This document shows positions 23,021 through 38,000 of a DNA stretch of 64,000 nucleotides, in pieces. The translations under genes were made by a program, and so were the position numbers. The stretch lies in NCBI GenBank assembly GCA_046563655.1, contig CM102290.1, forward strand, positions 8,866,001 to 8,930,000, written 5' to 3'. The notes under the pieces were generated by a model, which did no database searches, was not told the DNA's origin, and saw only the letters and a program-made list of their open reading frames with translations. The DNA is from Yuukianura sp. NJ FZ-2021 (taxonomy: Eukaryota). Every line of letters begins with the position of its first letter. Within the stretch, counting starts at the first letter, position 1.

Positions 23021-25132
23021 ATGGTAAGTTACTGTAAAACTTAAACGGTATTCTAGGATTTCATCTGTAAATTAATTGAAATACATCAAATAATTCTGTG
23101 TTGTTGTATTGCAGAAGGTGGGACTCATTATTGTATGTCTGGCAGCACTTTTACAACCGCTAGGAATCAATGGACAAGACGACGAAGAGTCAGATTTGGA
23201 CATCATTAGACAATTCGAACAAACGCTGGGTGGAGGAACACACGAGGATACTGCGTTGCCGAGCGATCCTGCAAAACCAACCAATCAGAAACAAGTATCT
23301 ACTCCGGCAGTACAACCTCAGCCAAAACAGCCCGTTTCAGCGGAGAATAGGCCGAGTCATTCTGCCAACACGTCACTGGACATAATTCCAGAAAAGGATC
23401 CGTGCAGTTGCGTCAAGTACTTTCTGTGTGACATTGACAATGGAGCAGTCATTGACAACGGAGATGTCATTGGACTCATTGACATTCGTCTGGGTGGACT
23501 TGCCAAGGGGTCCCCTTGTGACCACTACTTTGACATTTGCTGCAAGGTAACACCACTTCGCCTTTATTCTTAACTAAGGTGGTTACGTTTTTTAAGTTTA
23601 ACTTAACCAAGGTTCGTAAACAAAAATGTTTTTTTTTCTACACCAGGTTGTCCAATAATTCGTATTTATTTGAAAATATCAAATCTTCCGATTTACGGTA
23701 TGTTATCCAAATGGAATTGGTACCAAAAGTTGTTTCAAACAAGATTTTTGAAAACCCGTGGAGTTATTGGACAACCTGTTGTATGAATTACAATTCGGTT
23801 GTCAAGGAACCTTGAATTTGACTAAGCATGGTCTCATGAAGTTTTTATTTTGTGTGACTAGAATATGAAGGACCCCGACGACAGAGTCCTTCCTGAACAG
23901 CCTACGTTCCAGCACAGCGTTTGCGGAAAACGGAATATTGGCGGAGTTGGATTTCGCATTACGGGGGCAATGGATGGAGAGGCGCAATTTGGCGAATTTC
24001 CTTGGATGGCAGCCATTGTGAAGCAGGAACCTCAAGAAGACAAGCAACCGCTGAACATTTTCCTATGCGGTGGATCACTCATTCATCCCAAAGTAGTCCT
24101 AACAGCATCACATTGTGTTTTCGGGTAAATGCGGAAATTTTAAATTTTAAATTCAAATCTTGTTTGAAAACTAACGTTTTCTTGGTTTTTGTTGTTCTTC
24201 AACAGGAAAAATGCGGCAGAACTTAAAGTGCGTTTAGGGGAATGGGATACACAAACTCCAGATGAACTTTACCCTCATCAAGATAGATTTGTCACAAGGG
24301 TAAGATAGAAAACTTTTTTTAAACTTTCATTTCCACCTTTTGGAAAATTGTGCTAATTTTAAATCCAAAAAACCCAATTCAATTGTTTGAAAAGCCTCGT
24401 TTTAAGAGAACTTTGTTCGTTTTCAAATTGTTTCATAGATTGTTGTACACGAGGACTACTATGCAGGCGCTCTGTACAACGACATTGCCCTTCTCTTTTT
24501 AGACGAAGAAATCAAATTTGCCCCAAACGTTGACACGGTGTGTTTACCACCGCCGAATGTCAACTTCGATGGGCAGCGATGCTTTGCTTCGGGATGGGGC
24601 AAAGACACTTTTGGTAAGTTAGAAAACAATACGCAATTCATGAAAAAAAAAAGTTGAAATTGCTTATTCCTGGCAGGTCAAGAGGGAAAATACCAAGTAA
24701 TTTTGAAAAAAGTGGACGTTCCAATTGTTCCACGCGGAAAGTGTCAGTCGGCACTTCGGAGAACAAGGCTTGGTCCGTACTTTCGCCTTGACGAGTCGTT
24801 TGTGTGTGCTGGTGGGGAACCAGGGCGTGATACTTGCCGTGTACGTACATTTCCATTTCCAATTTTCCGCGAATCTTCAAATTGCCTGTCATTTGCAAAT
24901 TGAAATTGCATTCTTCGTTTTATTTGTGTTTTAGGGAGACGGAGGGTCACCGTTAGTTTGCAAATTACCCGATTCGCAATCCTATGTTCAATTTGGAATT
25001 GTGGCATGGGGAATCGGGTGCGGGGAAGGGGGAACTCCGGGAGTATACGTTAACGTACCGAAGTTTGTTCCTTGGATTGAAAGCAAACTGAAGGCAGCCA
25101 ACTTGGATACAAAGTATCACAAAGCTTCATAA
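23021..25132 (+). CDS. Secreted CLIP-domain serine protease homolog (PPAF-II/masquerade-like, non-catalytic)
   Basis: ATG alone before intron 23024-23114. Signal peptide KVGLIIVCLAALL, clip cysteines CSCVKYFLC..GLIDIR..CDHYFDICC, EAQFGEFPWMAA, LTASHC and YNDIALL. GDGGSPLVC shows Ser-to-Gly at the catalytic site. Confidence 0.93.
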
Positions 25133-26070
25133 GTAAAATACAAACAAAAAACTAGGGTTGTACGCACTCTGCTGAGATTCTAAGGAAAACTTTGTAAAAC
25201 TCGGAACTAGACATTTCCATCTTTATTCTGGTTATTTTATAGTTAACTCAATTAATTATGAACTACAATTAAACACCACACGCATACTTTTTCATCATTC
25301 TAAGCATCTGTTCCGTACCATTCTTATATTATGAGTCTTTTGGTAAAAAATAAATTTGAAAAGTTCCATTTTACCCGCGTTTTTTCAACTTGAAAGTTCA
25401 GACGTAAAAAATGCATGAACAAAGAGTTTGCTCTGCATAAACTACAAATTGAATTGAAAACATTCAAACTAACAAACTGTGTTGGTGTAACAAAATCAGT
25501 GTAGTCTACAACGATTTAGTTAGTGTACGATTACCAGTTGATTAACGAAATATTAATAACAACGATAATAAACAATTTTCGCACCAATATACCCCTCTTA
25601 ACCCAAATTTTGAATCGTTAAACTTCAGCGGTGGGCAATTAATATTTGACTTTCGTCACATACTAAAGTGGGTTCCAGCAAATCCGAATCAATTAAATAT
25701 TTAAGTTAACGTGTTATTTAGGTTAAATTGAAGTTGGTACCACTAAAACGCAAGTAATTAATTTCCTGTTGGAGTGATTGATTGGGGATCGGTGTGTGAA
25801 TTTGCGTAGCGAAATGCATTGGTTGGAGTGAGAGGTTGCAGTGCGTGATCTCCCTTCTTCCCACCGTGTCTCCTGCCCTCTCGCTCCTCAGTCCAAATGG
25901 AGATTTCAAAGGATACACAGCTACTTCGTCACCTCTGTCTACTCTCTACTACTTCTCTCAGTTCTCAGTTCATTAGCACCTATTAATCAACTGTTTAATT
26001 AACTAGTGAAACAGTGACACAGTCTCTTCATCAAGAATCATACTAGAACAAGGAGGGATCAACTCTGGCC

Positions 26071-29000
26071 ATGGGATCCATCAAGGAAGTCCAGGTACGA
26101 TTGACCTTTCAATTCCATTTACATTGTAGCTTAAGATGTTTTTGCTTAGAAAGCTCACAGATCAGAGGATGGAGTAACTTAATTTGGCAATGTCATACTT
26201 ACATGGGTTAATCCTAGACATAAAGTGCCAAAAGTCGGGTTAGAATGTAAATAGTGTAGTAAGAGTAGTGAGAGGTCATGAGATCTCCATCCTTTTTGGT
26301 CTGGACTTTGAGTTTTTTTTTCATATCTCAACACCACCGGTCTCACTAGTCTTTTGAAAACTTGCGTTTAATGTCTATCTGCATTTCTGAAGAAACTAAA
26401 AAGTTAAAAAGTGCAGAAAAGTGTAATCAGCTTTGAGTTGAACTGGTCAAATCTTCCGCTGTTCCTGACATTAATCAATTTCAGTTTTTGATTCGAAGTA
26501 ACTAGAGGTCCATGAGGGTAACTTTTTTACGTAATCCATTCTGCATGTATTATCATTATCATTTCAGCTAAGTACTGTGTCAGCAAAACTATAGAGTAGC
26601 TCCAGAGACACCAGTCACTTGGATACTGTTATTACGCTCGTTCAATTAGTAACTAACGGTACTTCAAACTTATTTTAAAAAGGATTTAGACGTTTTGACT
26701 AACTACATTTTTCACTTTTAAATTTTAAGTTTGACCTGTGGCCCCAACAAATGAATTTCTTACGTCCAAACTCAAATCAGTTGTACAATTTACAGAGTCA
26801 TGTACATAATGCCAATTCTCATTCTTTTTTAAACTACTTCGTCATTATAGTCCGATTGTCTCTTCATTTTAATTAAACTTGTTTGTATTCATATAATTTA
26901 AAATTAGTGATTTTTAAAAATTAATTTGCCAGAGGTTATCAAATAGCTGGAACACTCTTTATCGTGTTTTAGTCGCTAGAATTTTTAGTTTATATTCCGC
27001 AACTGGTAAGTCCATTTACCTCTTCACCTCCCCCCCCCCCTTCTCACCCGACAAACAATGGGAAATAATAATTTCTAACTAGGTTTTCAAAATTTCCATT
27101 AGGTTTCCCAATGTTTCATGCTATGGTGGGTGAGGAGGTCGGTTTTGTGTGTAGGCGTTTGCTGCAACTGAACTTCAGTTTCCCAGTGTACACAGCTAGT
27201 ATTGAGATTTTTAGAGTGTTTACACAGTTGTTGTTTCCGGTAAACTTCGCATCTATCTCCATCCATGTAGTAGATTTGAAGGACCCAATTAATTTACTCT
27301 CATAAACCTTATTTACCTTCAAAATTTCGGAGTTGTAAAAGTAAAAAAAAAATTGTCGTTTTTTTGTCATTTAAAAAAATAAGTAGTGCTTACACCTTGA
27401 CCTTTTAAATCCTAAATCACTAAAATCAGAAAAAAATGTTTCCAGCAGTTATAGTCTTTTGACCTGATTACCCCTTTTTTTGTGTAAACTTTTTGAATTT
27501 TTTGTTTCAAATGACCATTCCACTTTAAAAGAAAGCACAATGGAGAAGTGGTTTATTGATGGGCTTTTGTTACTTGGCACTTTGGTTGCCTTATATGATC
27601 TATGATGGCTACAAGGGTTTAGTTTAACTTTTCTTGTAGAATATACAAGGAACTTCTGTTGTATGCCTCTGATGAATTCGGTTCCACCATGGTCTGAGTC
27701 TCCCTTGTGCCCTGCTGCCCCATGATGACAGGTTTTGGCTCGGGTCTGGACTTTCTAATTTTATGACTCCCCTTGCCACCATATGGAATAAGAGCTTTGT
27801 TGTTGCTCAAGTGTCATACTGCGTTTCGTTCTTATGAACTTCAGTTAGTAACAAATACTACGTGGAAATATTTTGGTCATGGGTTTATTTCTATTATTTT
27901 GTTGAAACTTAAGACATGAAGGAAGTTACTGAATGGGACATAAAAATTATTAGTACTTTTTACTTAACCAAAATCAGCCTACCAACTCTTGTTTTCTATT
28001 ACATTTTGTTAATTCCATAGAAAAATGAGTTGTGTAGGGAATTTTCTTGAGAATTGTAAGCCGGTAACCTTGGACCTTGATTTTCAATGTCAATACTTTT
28101 TTTTTCGTCAAAAGAGAAATTTGTCTGTGTAAATAACAAATTTCATGCGTTGGGTTTTGATGATACAGACACACGATACGGTTCGTTTATCGTTCGGTAT
28201 TGGCACTATTGAAGACGATAAGCACAGTAGATGTAACTGTGTGTAGTACGTGTTTTTTTTTTGTGAGTTGGTGCGTTGCTAGGCTGCAAGCGGAATGACA
28301 AGTGATGATGTGAAGGTCTTCCTTTTGCAGATTCTTCGTGATTTTGGATTCTGCGAAATTTTTGCTCTGCTTGCAAGTCATACTTACATCCGTAGACAAA
28401 AAAATTGGGTTTGAGAGCAAAGCAAGGAGAATGTGTACTAAAGTGTTACAAAACATGAGATGACGACAGTATATGCTTCTTTTCAGCTTCCTTGTAATTT
28501 TTTTCTGCACTGTCTTTGAAAATTGATTGCCTCAAAGCTTACTTGTAGGATAGGTGGGTATTGATTTATTAATTAAGACGAAGGTGCAAGGTTGCAAGGG
28601 AATAATTAATGTAGAATGTGGTAATGGCGAGGTCAGCATACTAGGGCAACATCACTTCCAAATTGTAATAATAAACTAAAATTAGTTTTTCCAATCACTT
28701 TCTGAATGAAATTGAAAATCCTGTTTTCTTTGTACAGTAAAACCTCGAAACAACTAAATTTGTTCGACTGTTACCATTCAGTTTATAATTAAATTACGGT
28801 TATGCTAAACTAATATTCCATTCAGGGGAATATCTTTGTTTAGAATTATAATTAGTACTAAAACATTTGGGTTTTACGGTAGTCCGCCGTCAAATTAAGC
28901 AAAAACGTGTTGCGCAATGAGGGATTTTACTGTAATATTTAAACTGGTAAAAATAAGAATCGAACTAAAAACGTTGACTTTCTTAACCTTGACTGTGAGA

Positions 29001-32000
29001 AGAACACGAGGCTTGATTGAATTAAATGTGAATGGAAGTAATGAATGTTGAAAGACTTCCTCCCGCCCTCAACTTTCTTTTATTCTATTCAGGATTTACA
29101 TTGAAACGTTGATGTTATACCACCGAATTCTCAAATTCAATTGAGTTAGTGTGTGTAATTTTAATTTTTCTTCAGAATTTAGATAGGAAGGTGAAAGAAT
29201 TGAGGTGACTTTGCTCTAAAAAGAAGTGTGACAGAATGATTCAAACTCAATTAATTTGAAATGGGAAAAGTGATTGTTGTTAAATTTCGACGGTGTGGGC
29301 TAGGTACGAGGGACATGTAATCGGATACAAAAGTGATCTCTGCAACTTGGTTACTATCTTCCTCAAAGTGGAAAACACTCACTCTACGAACTCATCCTTT
29401 ATTTCCATTTTGTAAACAAGTTTACACTTTCCTTGGAATAAGATCTTTTCAACAGTTACTTTCAGCCATTTCGTTCCTTTTGTTTTCAAAGTGTAGCCCA
29501 AGGACCTGTAAATTCTACTTGATGCAGCATCCATCATAGGAAGCACAGAATTGTTCGTTAGCAATCTTGCATTTTTTCCAACGACCATAGGCATTAGGTA
29601 TAGGATGATGTTATGGGTAAAAAAAAATATTTTTTTTTGTCAAACTTTGGAATTTCGGATGAGCAGTTTTGCTGAGTTTGCATTTTGTTGAGAAAGGAAC
29701 GTAAAAAGAGGACGTAGGAGTCAGTGGGCTGAATTCTCATTTTAAGCGCCGAATGGTTTTCACTTCCAACTTGGTATAAAAAGTTTTAAAAGTTTGTCGT
29801 CTGCAGAACGAAGAGTTGTTGATTGAAATTGTGGCTTAAATGAGTATGCGTAGGATATGCTACAATAACTATAACTTGAATTTATTTCAATATATGATTA
29901 AACGACTTTTAGCAAGTTTAGCTTAACTTGTTGAGTATAAGTTTGACAACCTTCCTCTCCCATATCTATTTTCCCAAGGCCAAATTGATTTTTTTTCTCT
30001 TCACACTACTAGTTTAGTTACTTCAACGTCAAGGTTCATGCGGCTGTGTGAAAGAAACACGTAATCCTGAATGCAAAAACAGATTTTTTTCTGCAATTGA
30101 AATGAATTTGTATTGAAATATTAGAGAAGGAAAGTTAAAGTAAAATGAAATTAAAACACACGCAGTAGACCGAAATTTTAAAAATTTGGAATTTAACAAA
30201 ATGTCTTGTCAAATTTAAATTTTGTTTTTAATTTCCCCCTGTTTTACAAAATTTGTGATTTTTTTATATATACTTTTTCGATCTTCCAGGACTCTTTATC
30301 CATTCAAAAGTATTCAAGTATTCAAATAATAAGTGAATGTAATTAACTCAACACTAATTTTTTGTATACTAAAAACCGTCCTTTGTAAGTTACGTTGCTC
30401 AAGAACACCATTTAATTTTCAGTTTATTTCGACCAAAACTTGTCCTACGAGAAAGGTGTGCTAATGAAGTAATAGCAGGATTAATACTGTTGCTATGCTG
30501 CTTAATGTTGGGTTGAGGTTAGGCAGTAGTAAGTAGTAATGGCGGACATAGCATGTGCAGTTATATGTCATTATTTATTTAAAAGCTGTGTCGAATTGTA
30601 ATATTTTGGCTCAGTTGCTGCGTGTGTGTTTGCTCATGCCTCTTTGTTTTAAAAAATGGTTTCCTTCGTTTAATTTTGCTAATGCAAACTCTGAAGCCAC
30701 TGCACGATATAAAAATAAGTGATGAGAATTGCTAATTTTTTCGTACAGTAGCTCTGCGGACGAAGTAGCGTTGTAGTCTTTAGCCATTTTTTTTAGGATT
30801 TTCCTTCAAAAGTCATTTCGTAGAGCAGGAGGCGTGCAGAGGGTAAATTTCATTGAATTGTGTAATTTGGCATCTCTTCCGATTTACTATATAAAATGTA
30901 GAATCAAGGATTTCTGGTTCGTTCGTAAAAAATGGAGATGAGTTATACATTTTTATAGCAACTTGAGCACATTCATATCTTATGCATAAGTTGGATGCAT
31001 GGGAGAACGAGGAGTAGATTTTAGTTGAAGATTTGGAACAAACTGAATCTGCTCCCATTTCATATTCACTCACTTTCCTTTTAAATATTCTTTGAATATT
31101 TTTTGAACTTTTTTTTTCTAAACGAAAACCGTAAACAGTCTGTCCTCCTTTGAAAAAGTTGAGTGAATTTGAGATTTATTTCGCTGATGTAGTTTCCGTG
31201 ATGAGCCAATAGGAATTTTTTTTTACAATTTGTGATGTTGTTGCCATTCAGTGAAATGCATGGTAAAATGGTTGTGATATAGGTATATCCTAAGCCGATA
31301 TGTCGGTATAGTGTATATCTAATTATGAATAATGGATACGTTTTGAGTGTTTTTGTTGATGTATGGATTCTCTGAATATTTTTGTCGCTAAAAATTCCCA
31401 TTGTTTTCAAAAAGTAAAGTGCAGTTGCGTTGTTTGGAGTTTAGAAATAAGCAAAGTAAATGTTTTGTAGTATTAATTTGTTGGGAACTGTTATGTGGGT
31501 GAGTAATCAAAATGGTTGAGATTATTATGCAAACTTTGCCCTTTGTATTTCTTTTTGCTAGTTTTAATTTTGAAGTAGGAATTTATTCAGCGGAAGTATG
31601 TGGTTGATTAATTTCTCTTGCGCCATTAATTACAACTACTTTATATTAGTCATGAACTCGAGCCCAACGCTCTATTTATTAATTGTAACAATTTGGATTC
31701 AAACTGAAGTGTTTTTAGACAAAACATTGGAGTCTGAATCCCATAACGTAATTAAGACACAAAATTTGAGTAACCCTATCGTGTGTGTTTTTTTTTGCCG
31801 CCAGTTTACTTTTCAAGTTGATTAGTGAGTTAGTAGTTTTCTTTCCTTTTTTAAATTAAACTCGATACTCTCATGTTGTCTACTCAAAGTAAAAAAAGAC
31901 TTATAATGCGTTTGCGCTGTCTGCTGCGGTGGTTAACTGGGAAGAAGTATTTTTATGTGGGGAAGAGCATGAGCTAAATGTCATCTCCACACTCCCAGGC

Positions 32001-35000
32001 CTCCGTCATCTTCCCAACTTTTGTCTTTACCCTGTTTGGATTTTATTAATGTTTTTTTTTATTCTCATTTCTAAGATTTCCCATCTTCCCCTTTGTTCCC
32101 TGGTGGAGGAATATTATGGGGAAACAAGAATACAATGGACAAGGCACGACTCATGCTCAAACTAAACGCAACAACATTTCAAACTTTCTTGAATTTTTTA
32201 CCATGCATTTCACACAACAGCAGCGTAGAACTGCTCCTCCTCTTCGTCAAACACCATTTTTCTCTTATTAGAAACTGTTCACAGACGCTCATAAAAAAGT
32301 AAATCTAACCTTGGGAAAAGTGTGCACATTCTAATTTGGCACGTTAGAACAATTGATTCTAGGTCTAGTACATGGCATTGCAAACTTGTGAGAATTCCAC
32401 TTTCTATAAGGGCAGGGGTTGGACTATTTAACAATTTGGAACTGATGTGTTTTTGATTTTAAACGCATTTTTGGTATAGATGTAACGTACGCTTCAACGT
32501 ACGCCTTTATGTATTCTATTTTTTTTAAAGGCAGGTTTAAAAAAATTCAGGAAAAGCGGAAAAGTGCGTAGGGTAGACAAGAAAATGCAAAATTTTGCAA
32601 TTCATGTTGTTAGAATCTTGTATTTGTCATGGAACATTACTGTATGTTGCATGTATTTAGTGTTTATATCATATTGCATCATACCGCAAATCCCTTGTGT
32701 CTAACAATTAATTAGGTGTTGATTTGAGACAGATTGGGTGAATTCGCTTGGAATATGGTGGGTAGTAGTAGAGTAGGAATTGGAGTAAGTTTTCTTTGAT
32801 GCTTGATTAAATGCGGTTTGGTTCTTGTGACTGTCTTCTCTTGAGTGAAATTTGGTTCATTGGGCAAGATAAGTGAAACTTCATGGTTCTCACTTCTGGA
32901 AAATGCTTGATTCCATTGCGTAGTTTACTACTTACTTTTTTTTTTAGTAGTATTTCAACATTGAGCAATTTTTGGTAGGATTCTGAGAGTATGAAATTAG
33001 GAATTATTTAAGATGGAGGATGGAAAAGTGCCAGAAAGTGAAGTTATCCAAGCGAAAAATAATGTCACTGAATATAACTCAAAATATAATAGGAACTGAA
33101 ATAAGAATTATTGTAAAATGTTGAAAGAGAGGGAAAATGCGTGCATTTGGCCTGATGAAAATGAAAAATTAACATAATTTCCACTTTCAAGGCTAGAGGA
33201 TTCTCTTAAATGCATTGTGATTTGTGTGAAGTCAAGGATTTGTACCTATTCGTTTGTATTTTTTCCTGATGTTTGTCTGTAACTCTTTGTAGTTACGATG
33301 GATACAACAAACGTTGGATGTTAGACTTATATATTGAGGTTGGTGAGCTATACAGGTCTGCTGGGATTGATAGGACTACGGATGAAGTCTAGCCTGACGC
33401 CCAATAAAAAAGTGTACTTGAGATGAGTCTTTTGAAAATGGTTGGATAAATATTTTTTTTCACTTTTTTCTGCTCCATCTTGTCTTCTTCCTATTTTCAA
33501 ATTTGAAATAGGAGGGCTTTTTTTTTCAAAGTTTTTAATGAGTCTCTATACTGTAACTTAACTGAAAAAAAATAAGGGAGACTTCTGAACTGTTGTGAAG
33601 TCAACGACGACGGGAGGGGAATTAGAATTACAAAGTTACCCCACCCCGACCTAGCTCCTGGGCTATGTTTTCCCCCCATCATCTGTCTTGGCTGGGTTCC
33701 ATGTCAAAAGAGATCAAATTCAAAATTGCACACAGGAGTATGGACTTCTGACGCTCAATTTATGCTTTAAAGGACCAGCTTCTGGAAAATGATTTAAATA
33801 TTAATAAGGTAGACAAATATTTAATGAAACAAGATGAGAGTATTTGATACTAAAAAGGGCAGTAAATTTGCACAATTGTAGTTGCAGGAAGCTTGTGCCA
33901 AGTTAATTAAATTGAAACAAGAGAATTGGGCGTGATTGCCAAGAGAGTAAATTATTACGAGAGAAAAAAAATGAGGAGAAATTAAAAACTTTTTGTTTAG
34001 TTTTTGAATTTTACTTTGGAGACTAACGTTATTAGCCCAAAAGTTGACTCCATACCTTTCCCTTCTTCCAGCACATTAACCAACATCAAACGAAACTTTT
34101 TCATGTCAAAAGTTCGTAAAGTTTGGTTCGATTTGGCGAGGCACTCCCGTCTGGAGGAAGATGTCTTTGATGGGCTAACTTTTAGCTAAAGGAGAGATTA
34201 TAATACAAAGAGCAAGGAAAAGGTCGTGCCAAAAAAATAGAGAGAAAAAAAGAAAGCAAAAAAGTTTTTAATAAGACAACTCCCCTGTTGGAACTATACA
34301 GCTTTGCTCACAATTTGAAGAAGAATAGTTTAGTTCTTTGTCTAATAAAATGGCGATTTACTGAAGCGTAGGATAGGTAGAGCTTCCACTTTGAGTTTTC
34401 CTATGTACGTCTCTCGTGTTGGGCCATATAATTTTCTTTACAGAAAGACTGCTCATTCCGCAACACTTTTTTTTAGCGATGGGACACCGTAAAACTTCAA
34501 GTAGTTGAACTTTAACCTAATCCAAACCTTTTGAAACTATAGTAAACTTTCAGTATTTATTGGGTGATCCATTATTGCAATCAGAAAGTTTACGGTAGTT
34601 CTAGGTCATTAGCGCGAAAACAATAAGCGCGAATTCCACAAATCGGCAACACTGAACTTACATGATCAATATAACTTAACACACTCCCTTTTAAAAAACC
34701 TAAACTACATCGCAACAACAGTTCCACTGTTGCCAACTTGTCGAATTCGCGTTTATTGTTTTCGCGTTAATGACCTGCTAGGGTGTACGGTAGGCTCCTC
34801 TCAAGCAACTAATCATTCAAAGTATGTTACGGAATGAGAGGTTTTGCTGTAGTTTTTGAGCAGGACTGTATATTTATTATGAGAAGGTAAAAGGTAACAC
34901 TCTCGTTGTGCCTATGAGTGGCACTCTACAAAGGCAAAAATCTATTTCTGGTGGAAGGTTTTAAACCATTTACTTTTTTTTTAACTTTTTGTTGCCACCT

Positions 35001-38000
35001 TTTCTTCAAAAAGTAAAATTGCTGAGAAAGTGTCAGAAAATGTTACGTACCAGCATGAGTATTTTTGTGAGTTTTGCCTATTTTGGAATGAGAGGGGTGA
35101 TTGAACTAACGAATAATCGTAAGAATATGAATTGAAGCCGTGAATCGAAAAAAAATAGTCAAAAATTGAAACTTTTGGTGTAATTAAGTTTGAAGCAAAG
35201 TTCGTGATTTTATGAGATGAAGATGATCTGTTCTTTGTATCAATCTTTCTTTGTCGGAAGCATGAGGAAATTTGTTGTAGAGTTATTACAAAAGAGCCTA
35301 GGGCTATGTGGGAACTGAAATAAGATGTGCTTCTGTGGGACAGAGCCTAGAACAGTGTGTCAGTTTACTACGTGAGTTAATTATTAATTTAGGAGTGTTT
35401 GAGTGGTACTTCCACATATCTTGCATGGAAATAAGAGGGGGGGGGGTTAAAATTGTGAAGATGACAACAATGGCTGAGTTGTGAGTGAGTTTTGAGTAGT
35501 TGTAGTTTTTTTTTTGAGTTTTTGAAGAGGAATTGATTCAACATTTGAAAATATCCAAGGAGAGGAAATAGGGGAAAACGCTTTCTTTCTTTGAAGAGTC
35601 AGGGAACAAATGCATAGTCATAAGAATCCATTCCATTGTGTCTCGTATAATTTGTTATGTGATATGGCTACAGCATGCACCATAGACAGGTTACGCCATT
35701 TGAACTTTTTCACGTTCACTGTGCCTACTCCTTTTTCCTCTCTGACATGAAGTTGTAGTAGGAGATATAGCAAGGTTTGTGCAGACCATAAAAAGCTAAC
35801 GACTGTTCTTTGAAGTCAGTTTTAAGCAAAAGTAGAGCGGTTCAAAGAAAATTTGAGTGTGAAATTTGGTGACCTGAAATGTAAAAATTTGACAGCCTTT
35901 TTTTACTCAGTTTTTTGATGATTGTTGACAACAAATTTGGAGGTCAAAATGTTGTAGTGGTACGATTTTGAAATTGTTTTCGTTGGGTATTTTCCATAAA
36001 TTTTGAAAATGGAAATGAAAAGTTTTAGTAAACCGTGTTACAATGGAAGTTGAGTTAATGTTTATTAACTAATTTGGTGAAGAGCTTTTGGATGCAGTTG
36101 GAGTGTTGGTGCTTCCACTTGAATTTTGAAGCCTAGGGCTTATTTTTGTGAAGATGAGAGAGGGAAAACGTCGTTTTTGTAACTCTGTTCGCAAAGGGAG
36201 TTTTTGGAGGTTCTGTAAATGACAGGAAAAGAGAGCGTGAGTGATTTAGGCGCATGAAAGTTATTAAGGAAAATCCGAAGTTTGCCAATGTTTAGAAGCT
36301 CTGTGAATTTTTTTGAGTAATTAACATGGTAGGGCAAGGAAGGTCTGAGGTTGAAAAGAGCTTTGCAACAAGACGTGTTGTTTGGTTTTGGGGCTGGGCA
36401 CAGGGACTGCGTTGGGTTTGGCATTGGCTTCCTAGCCTTGTTTCCATGGGGAACGAGATCAAATTGAGGAAATTGCCATTGAAGCAGGTTTCTTCTTCAC
36501 TTTACACTAATCTCCCCTCCTTTTGTCAAATCTTTTTCATTTCGTATGCGTCTGTTCTTTGAACTCAAACCAAAAGTTACAAGGAAAAGAGGGAGGGGGG
36601 CTGGGTTAAACTAAACCTAAACCCAAACCCTAAAACCTACCGTAAAGCGGCGCAATAGTGCCTCAAGTCATTCACTTCTCTGGACAAAAGTTGCCGAAAT
36701 CAGGCGCTTTTGAGACAAAAAGTATAGTTTATGCGGTACGCCTTTGGATAGTGTTAACTGAAGTGGCATTTAACACTCGCCAACAGTTTTGGCACAAATC
36801 ACATTATCGTTAAGAGCAGCATTGTTTATGGTAATATTCAGTTTCACGTGACCTCTGCCTCTACATTTGAGATGACCATAAAATATTTAAAGATCTGTTT
36901 TCAAACAATAACAGTAGAATCAATTGTCTGGAATCGGTGATTCACTCTCTAATTTCGGAGCAGTGAACGGAGATTTCGGCTCTAGAATCTTTTAAAGTGT
37001 TTTTTCCCCCTTTTTTTCATTACACCAATAATATACGCCCCGTTTCCATCGAAAACACTTTGAAATTAAACACCTCTGTTTCTGGTGAGTCGGCGTTTCC
37101 TATTTGGAAGTTGATGGTAGTCCCTATTTCTACCTCATCTATCACACAAGAACGTCCCTAAAAACTTAAAAGCATAGCATTTGAGTTTGTCAGACCCACG
37201 CCTAAGCTACAACGTGTATAACGACTATTCCTATTACAAATTTCACAACTAACCTCGTCGACTCACTTGAAGTTTTTATAAATATGAGTAGTACTATGCC
37301 AAAGTGCCAAAAGAAAATAGTTTGTTACTGATAATATTCCTAGGCAAAAGTTAAGCTAAAATAAAAACTGTTCCACTTTTTCTTCTTTGCATGGAAATTT
37401 TAAGCCAAAAAGTAGCAATACAGAAACCTTCAAAAACCGATATTTTTTAAATTTACGTTAATTTTCTGGTACATTTACACATTTATGTTTGCGCAGTATT
37501 ACATAATAATATATAGACTGTTATATGTATTATATGTATATTTTGTAATTATGTATTCGAATGTAGCATTTAAATGAGTTGTACACGTATACCGTTATAA
37601 TTACATACTCATACTATATACTATATCATATATTATGTGTTATATGTGTATTATGTAATTATATATTCCAATTTAATATTTGAAGGCGTTGATTGGATTT
37701 GTACTTAAGCTGATTCCTTTTGAGCAATGTCCCTTTGTGTTTGACACATTGGGTGACTGCAGCAGCCAAAGGCGGAGGAGAAAGTACTACAAACAATGGA
37801 ATTATAATATGACAGTTTTTTTTTGGCGGAGAGAAGTTAGAGAGCGGAAGGGAAAGTGAAAGAAAATATCGATTGAACATGTATCTTTTGGGCTTAACTT
37901 TGCACTACTCCTTGTCACGTTTTGCTCGCATTCCCGGATAAAAGTAATGAAATGGTAGAATGAGCTTTCGTGAGGGGAAACTAGAGTTTACATTCGGGAA

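Noticed and set aside
23021..25132. Catalytic Ser-to-Gly change as a sign of pseudogenisation
   Set aside because: This is the normal state of CLIP-domain serine protease homologs, and the frame is intact.
36605..36640. Telomere-like AAACCT/AAACCC run
   Set aside because: Too short and irregular to call an interstitial telomeric repeat.
36638..36833. Possible TACCGTAAA...TTTATGGTA MITE
   Set aside because: The terminal match is only about 9 bp with a mismatch; insufficient without other copies.
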